Below, piece after piece: positions 60,187-64,000 of a DNA stretch of 64,000 nucleotides. The stretch's first letter is position 1. Each line of letters begins with the position of its first letter. The position numbers and the translations under genes were made by a program. The notes under the pieces were generated by a model. That model worked only from the letters and a program-made list of their open reading frames with translations, did not search any database and was not told the DNA's origin. Source of the DNA: an uncultured Verrucomicrobiae bacterium (GTDB lineage: Bacteria; Chlamydiota; Chlamydiia; Chlamydiales; Rhabdochlamydiaceae); NCBI GenBank assembly GCA_963818965.1, contig CAWFUG010000009.1:192001-256000 (forward strand), written 5' to 3'.

Positions 60187-61896
60187 CTACATCTTTGGCG
60201 GATGACGCCTAGAATCTGCATACTGAAGAATCTTTTCGGCGAATGCATCTTCGAGATTTTCAAAGCTACGGCTCATTTTGACAGCTGCTGGAGCAAAAGA
60301 GACTCCACCCGAGCCCATATGGGTTGTGCAGCGGGCATTCCCCACCTTGCAACCATTTCGATAGAGGGCACCGAGGGTCGGGAAACCATCGTAAGCGACG
60401 GAGCGTCTGCCGACCCAGCGATTCAAAATGCCCTGACTTTCCAATGCATGAATGTCATCAAAAGATAGTTGAATCGCCTTGGTGTCGTAGCCGCAAGCGA
60501 TGGAAACCATTTCGGGCAGCACATCATTGACCATATTGAGCTGTACGAGGTGTCGATTCCGCGCAAAATCTTGATCGATCTTTGGCAGTTGATCCCCATA
60601 AAATGCTTTTGTTCCTGCAACCCCGATAATGAGTCTGTTCTCTTTATATCTCGCTTGCCAGGCCAGAACAATGCCCACCTTATGAACCTCCATGCAATGA
60701 CTGAAATTTTTATATAGCTCTGCTTGCTCGGAAGAGAGGGGGATGTTCAGTGCAAGGGATGGGCCAGCAAATGCTGAATAAGCGGGTTCATCAAAGCCTA
60801 ATTTATTTAGCGTTCCAACGGCCTCTCCAGGGCAGAACACGTAATAAGCGTTATCCTTTACGGAAGAGCCATCGGCAAATTTCAGACCGATGACATTGAG
60901 GTTGGAATCATTATCGAACTCTACAGCTGTAACTTCCCTTTCAAATTCCAATCGAAAACAGTCTTGGATCTCTCCAGAGGCATCCGTATAAGTTCCCATC
61001 TTTTTCTTGAGGTAATCATAAAATTTGGGCAGGAAAACAGGTGTGCTAATACATCCTCCCGGTCGCCATAAGGCGGAACAATCATTCTTCCAATTTAAAC
61101 CTAATGTATCGTCTAATTCAGAGTGGTCTTTGCAAAAATCAGCAAGAGAGGGGTCGATCGCCATGACTTCATCTGGGGTCAAGATCCTGCAGTGATTATA
61201 GCCCAATTCTGTATAAGTCGCCTGCATCCCCAGCGCACGGATCCTGGCATCAGGGACGTCGTAGATAAGATCGATGCGATAGCCATCATGTAACACTATT
61301 TTATCTCTATGGTTGGGTTCGTAGCAGGGATTGTAATTGGAATCTTCCAAGATCCCTTTCAATTCATCATCTCCCTCTTCATAGAGATCTTTCCATAAAT
61401 CCATGCTCATTTTACCGAGCAGCAACAGATTTTTTGTCCGATCTTCATGATTTTCATCATGGGCGTAGAGTTCTACTGCTTCTTTAAATCGAACAGCCGC
61501 TGTTGAGTCATTGACCCCGGGAGCATCATCCACGCGAATTCCACCTGGCTCACTGAATAAAATCCCTAATTTTTCCGTTAATTCTGGGCCACGTGGCACG
61601 ACGGAGAGAATTTCATCAGGCGTCAAGCTGGGGAAAATGTTGAACGCAGTATTTGTTAAGGCATTTCCACTCCCTGAACGGCCATGACCTACGAAGGGAG
61701 AGCTTTTTTCATAAATGACAATCTGAAGTGGGGTACCCTTTTTTACCGCGTCCCTATGCGCGTAATAAGACTCTAACACTCCAGTGATCCCCGCTCCCAC
61801 GATCACAACCTTGTGCTCGGTTACGGGCACTTCACTAGAGAAGAGCAAACTCAGGAAACAGGAAATTATCAATGCAGCAACACTTTTCATTCGCAT
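60187..61896 (-). CDS. FAD-dependent oxidoreductase (DadA/DAO-like) with signal peptide
   Basis: VVIVGAGITG; WVGRRSVAYDGFP; HMGSGG. Confidence 0.8.
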   Translation of the reverse strand: MRMKSVAALIISCFLSLLFSSEVPVTEHKVVIVGAGITGVLESYYAHRDAVKKGTPLQIVIYEKSSPFVGHGRSGSGNALTNTAFNIFPSLTPDEILSVVPRGPELTEKLGILFSEPGGIRVDDAPGVNDSTAAVRFKEAVELYAHDENHEDRTKNLLLLGKMSMDLWKDLYEEGDDELKGILEDSNYNPCYEPNHRDKIVLHDGYRIDLIYDVPDARIRALGMQATYTELGYNHCRILTPDEVMAIDPSLADFCKDHSELDDTLGLNWKNDCSALWRPGGCISTPVFLPKFYDYLKKKMGTYTDASGEIQDCFRLEFEREVTAVEFDNDSNLNVIGLKFADGSSVKDNAYYVFCPGEAVGTLNKLGFDEPAYSAFAGPSLALNIPLSSEQAELYKNFSHCMEVHKVGIVLAWQARYKENRLIIGVAGTKAFYGDQLPKIDQDFARNRHLVQLNMVNDVLPEMVSIACGYDTKAIQLSFDDIHALESQGILNRWVGRRSVAYDGFPTLGALYRNGCKVGNARCTTHMGSGGVSFAPAAVKMSRSFENLEDAFAEKILQYADSRRHPPKM

Positions 61897-62055
61897 ACCT
61901 CGTTATAAATCAGCGCGTTGAGAAATCTTTAGTCGGTTCATTCGACCCTGTAGACTTTAAGAATTATGTAAATTTTGCTTCAACTCATTTTCCAAATGAG
62001 CGTAAAAATTTTCTGCGGGGATGGGTGCGTTGTTTCGGTGTAAAAAATTTTAAAA

Positions 62056-62084
62056 TTGCCGGAAAGAAGAAAGCTGTGTATAAT
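62056..62084 (+). promoter_or_regulatory. Sigma70/66 promoter of the ABC transporter leader
   Basis: TTGCCG-N17-TATAAT, with TGTG just upstream of the -10 box. Confidence 0.8.
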
Positions 62085-62126
62085 CACGTTTAGTTACAGG
62101 GCAGTCTTTGCCCTAAGAGAGATAAT

Positions 62127-62255
62127 ATGAAACAAGAGCTTAATTCTATTTTTTGCCCCCGTCGAGAACAACTCTCGCGAGCGCAAGCATCAGCTGTTCT
62201 TTCTTCATTCATTCTTTTCGTCTCTCATTCTCATCATCGTCATCATCATTCCTAA
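62127..62255 (+). CDS. Putative His-rich leader peptide (42 aa)
   Basis: MKQELNSIFCPRREQLSRAQASAVLSSFILFVSHSHHRHHHS*, lying between the promoter and the ABC operon. Confidence 0.65.
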   Translation: MKQELNSIFCPRREQLSRAQASAVLSSFILFVSHSHHRHHHS

Positions 62256-62395
62256 TATTTTTTTGTTCGTTGCTCTTTAGCGACGGATGGATTTTCAAAT
62301 TTTTTGTTAGTTAATTGCGTTTTTTGTTGATTTTCTGTTTTTTACATTACTGTAAAAAACGGGCTTAAACGATTTTAAAAAAAAGGATGTACATT

Positions 62396-63163
62396 ATGAA
62401 GGTATTGAATAAATTTTCGAAGATTTTAGGGAGTTGTTTTCTTTTTTTTGGAAGCCTTGCAGCTGAGGAAACATTCACCGTGGGCACCACTTCTGGATAT
62501 GCCCCCTATGTAAGTCTAGATAGTAAAGGAGAGTATGAGGGCTTTGACATCGATTTAGCAAAATTGGTGGCAGAGAAACTGAATAAAAAACTCGTAATCA
62601 AAGATATGGGAAGCATGCCTAGTCTGATGATCGGACTCAAGCAGAAAAAGGTCGATGCCGTCATCTGGGCTGTCTCGATTACGGAAGAGAGGCAAAAGCA
62701 GATGGAAATGATCTATTACCAGGGGGAAAAGATCACGACCATGCCTCTACTCTTCTGGGGCAAGATCCCTGAAAATATCAAAGGTCCAGAAGATTTAAAA
62801 AATGATCCTAAAAAGATCGTCTGTGTAGAGGCGGGCACCTATCAAGAACAGGTCATGAACACCTATCCCGGTTTAACCCTTAAAAATGTCGACAAAATCA
62901 CCGACGCCCTCATCGAAATCAAATTCGGAAAATCCCTTGCTGTCGCGATCGATAATTCGTTGGTTTCTTTCGTAAAACAGCAAAATCCAGAGGCAAAGGT
63001 TCTCTATTTTCCATTACCGTCTAGCCAGCAGTCTTTAGGGAACGGAATCTGCATCTCTAAGGATAACCAGGTGCTCATAGCTGAGGTTAAAAAGGCCGTA
63101 GAAGAGCTTACCAAAGAAGGGAAAGTTCAAGATTTAGAGAAAAAATGGAACATGGGCGCGTAG
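62396..63163 (+). CDS. Polar amino-acid ABC transporter substrate-binding protein
   Basis: Signal peptide; VGT..GYAPY, GFDIDLA, SITEERQK. Confidence 0.9.
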   Translation: MKVLNKFSKILGSCFLFFGSLAAEETFTVGTTSGYAPYVSLDSKGEYEGFDIDLAKLVAEKLNKKLVIKDMGSMPSLMIGLKQKKVDAVIWAVSITEERQKQMEMIYYQGEKITTMPLLFWGKIPENIKGPEDLKNDPKKIVCVEAGTYQEQVMNTYPGLTLKNVDKITDALIEIKFGKSLAVAIDNSLVSFVKQQNPEAKVLYFPLPSSQQSLGNGICISKDNQVLIAEVKKAVEELTKEGKVQDLEKKWNMGA

Positions 63164-63167
63164 ATTT

Positions 63168-63842
63168 ATGGATACCACTAACTATATTTCGCTTTTAGAG
63201 CGCTCGCTTCCTCTTCTCTTGAAAGGGGTGGTAATGACCGTGCAAATTTTAATCTCCTCAGCCTCTCTCAGCTTGCTATTGGGATTACTATTCGGGATTG
63301 CCTCTTGCAATCGGTTGCGGATTCCGTTGCTCTCCCAGGCAATAGAGTTTTTGACTTTTGTGCTACGAGCCATTCCCTTTTTTGTGCAGCTCCTGCTCGT
63401 CTATTTTGTTTTGCCAGATCTCTTAGGGTTCAATCTCGAACCCTTTCCAGCATCTGTCATCGCATTAGGACTCTGCTCTTCAGGCTATGTGGCTCAAATG
63501 GTGCGTGGCGGACTCAATGGGATTCCCCCAGCCCAGTGGGAGAGCGCCTTTGCTCTGGGGTTAAATATTCCCCAGAGCCTTCAGCACATCATCCTGCCGC
63601 AGATGGGGCGTACTATTCTTCCTCTATTGAACAATGAGCTGGATTCGCTCTTAAAAAGCACGTCGATCGTATCCTCGATCGGAATGTTAGAACTGACTCG
63701 AATGGGAATGAATATCGTTTCCAGAGAGATGCAGCCGGTCGCGATCTATTTGACAGTGGCTTTTTTCTATATCTGCATGTCTGCCTTATTAAACCTAGTC
63801 GCACGAATGCTTGAAAGGAGGCTCACCTATGTTAAAAATTAA
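63168..63842 (+). CDS. Polar amino-acid ABC transporter permease
   Basis: RAIPFFVQL, QWESAFALGL (EAA loop), LLKSTSIVS. Confidence 0.9.
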   Translation: MDTTNYISLLERSLPLLLKGVVMTVQILISSASLSLLLGLLFGIASCNRLRIPLLSQAIEFLTFVLRAIPFFVQLLLVYFVLPDLLGFNLEPFPASVIALGLCSSGYVAQMVRGGLNGIPPAQWESAFALGLNIPQSLQHIILPQMGRTILPLLNNELDSLLKSTSIVSSIGMLELTRMGMNIVSREMQPVAIYLTVAFFYICMSALLNLVARMLERRLTYVKN

Positions 63843-64000
63843 AAACCTATCCTGCACAAAAACGGAAAAGGAAATTCTCAAAAACCTATCTCTAAACATC
63901 CCTAAAAACAGAACAACGCTACTGCTCGGCAAAAGCGGTTCTGGAAAAACGACATTATTGCGGTGCATTGCGCAGTTGGAGACTCACTATCAGGGGGAAA
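63829..64000 (+). CDS. ABC transporter ATP-binding protein, 5' part
   Basis: MLKIKNL...LLGKSGSGKTTLLRCI Walker A; AGGAGG RBS. Confidence 0.88.
   Translation, partial: MLKIKNLSCTKTEKEILKNLSLNIPKNRTTLLLGKSGSGKTTLLRCIAQLETHYQGE

Noticed and set aside
59859..60263. His/Arg-rich minus ORF and Met-rich plus ORF
   Set aside because: Alternative readings of the CAT/GAT repeats of the His/Asp-rich gene, which has the signal peptide.

Overview
Gene-dense bacterial window, most consistent with an environmental Chlamydiota genome. This is inferred from four MOMP/Lpg1974-like porin paralogs, a CPn0927-like hydrolase and eukaryote-like F-box effectors. It holds an ABC-2/outer-membrane-factor efflux operon end, an RHS toxin with a probable immunity gene, many accessory enzymes and transporters, PolX-PHP, a porin array with an exported amine oxidase, and an amino-acid ABC transporter. 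No rRNA, tRNA, CRISPR array or transposase was seen. The main observations are: (1) a modular family of TA/TATA-flanked palindromic elements with at least 8 copies; two are inserted in frame in genes (+15 aa and +55 aa) and two copies show compensatory stem substitutions; (2) an AT-rich operon of NUDIX, nucleoside-deoxyribosyltransferase-like, divergent SAH-hydrolase-like and SDR genes, flanked by a DUF985 cupin and an MFS; (3) an unannotated His-rich leader peptide with attenuator-like features ahead of the amino-acid ABC transporter; (4) an unannotated 51-aa double-CxxC lipopeptide. Three +1 homopolymer frameshifts may be assembly errors. All functional calls come from reading motifs by eye, not from database searches.
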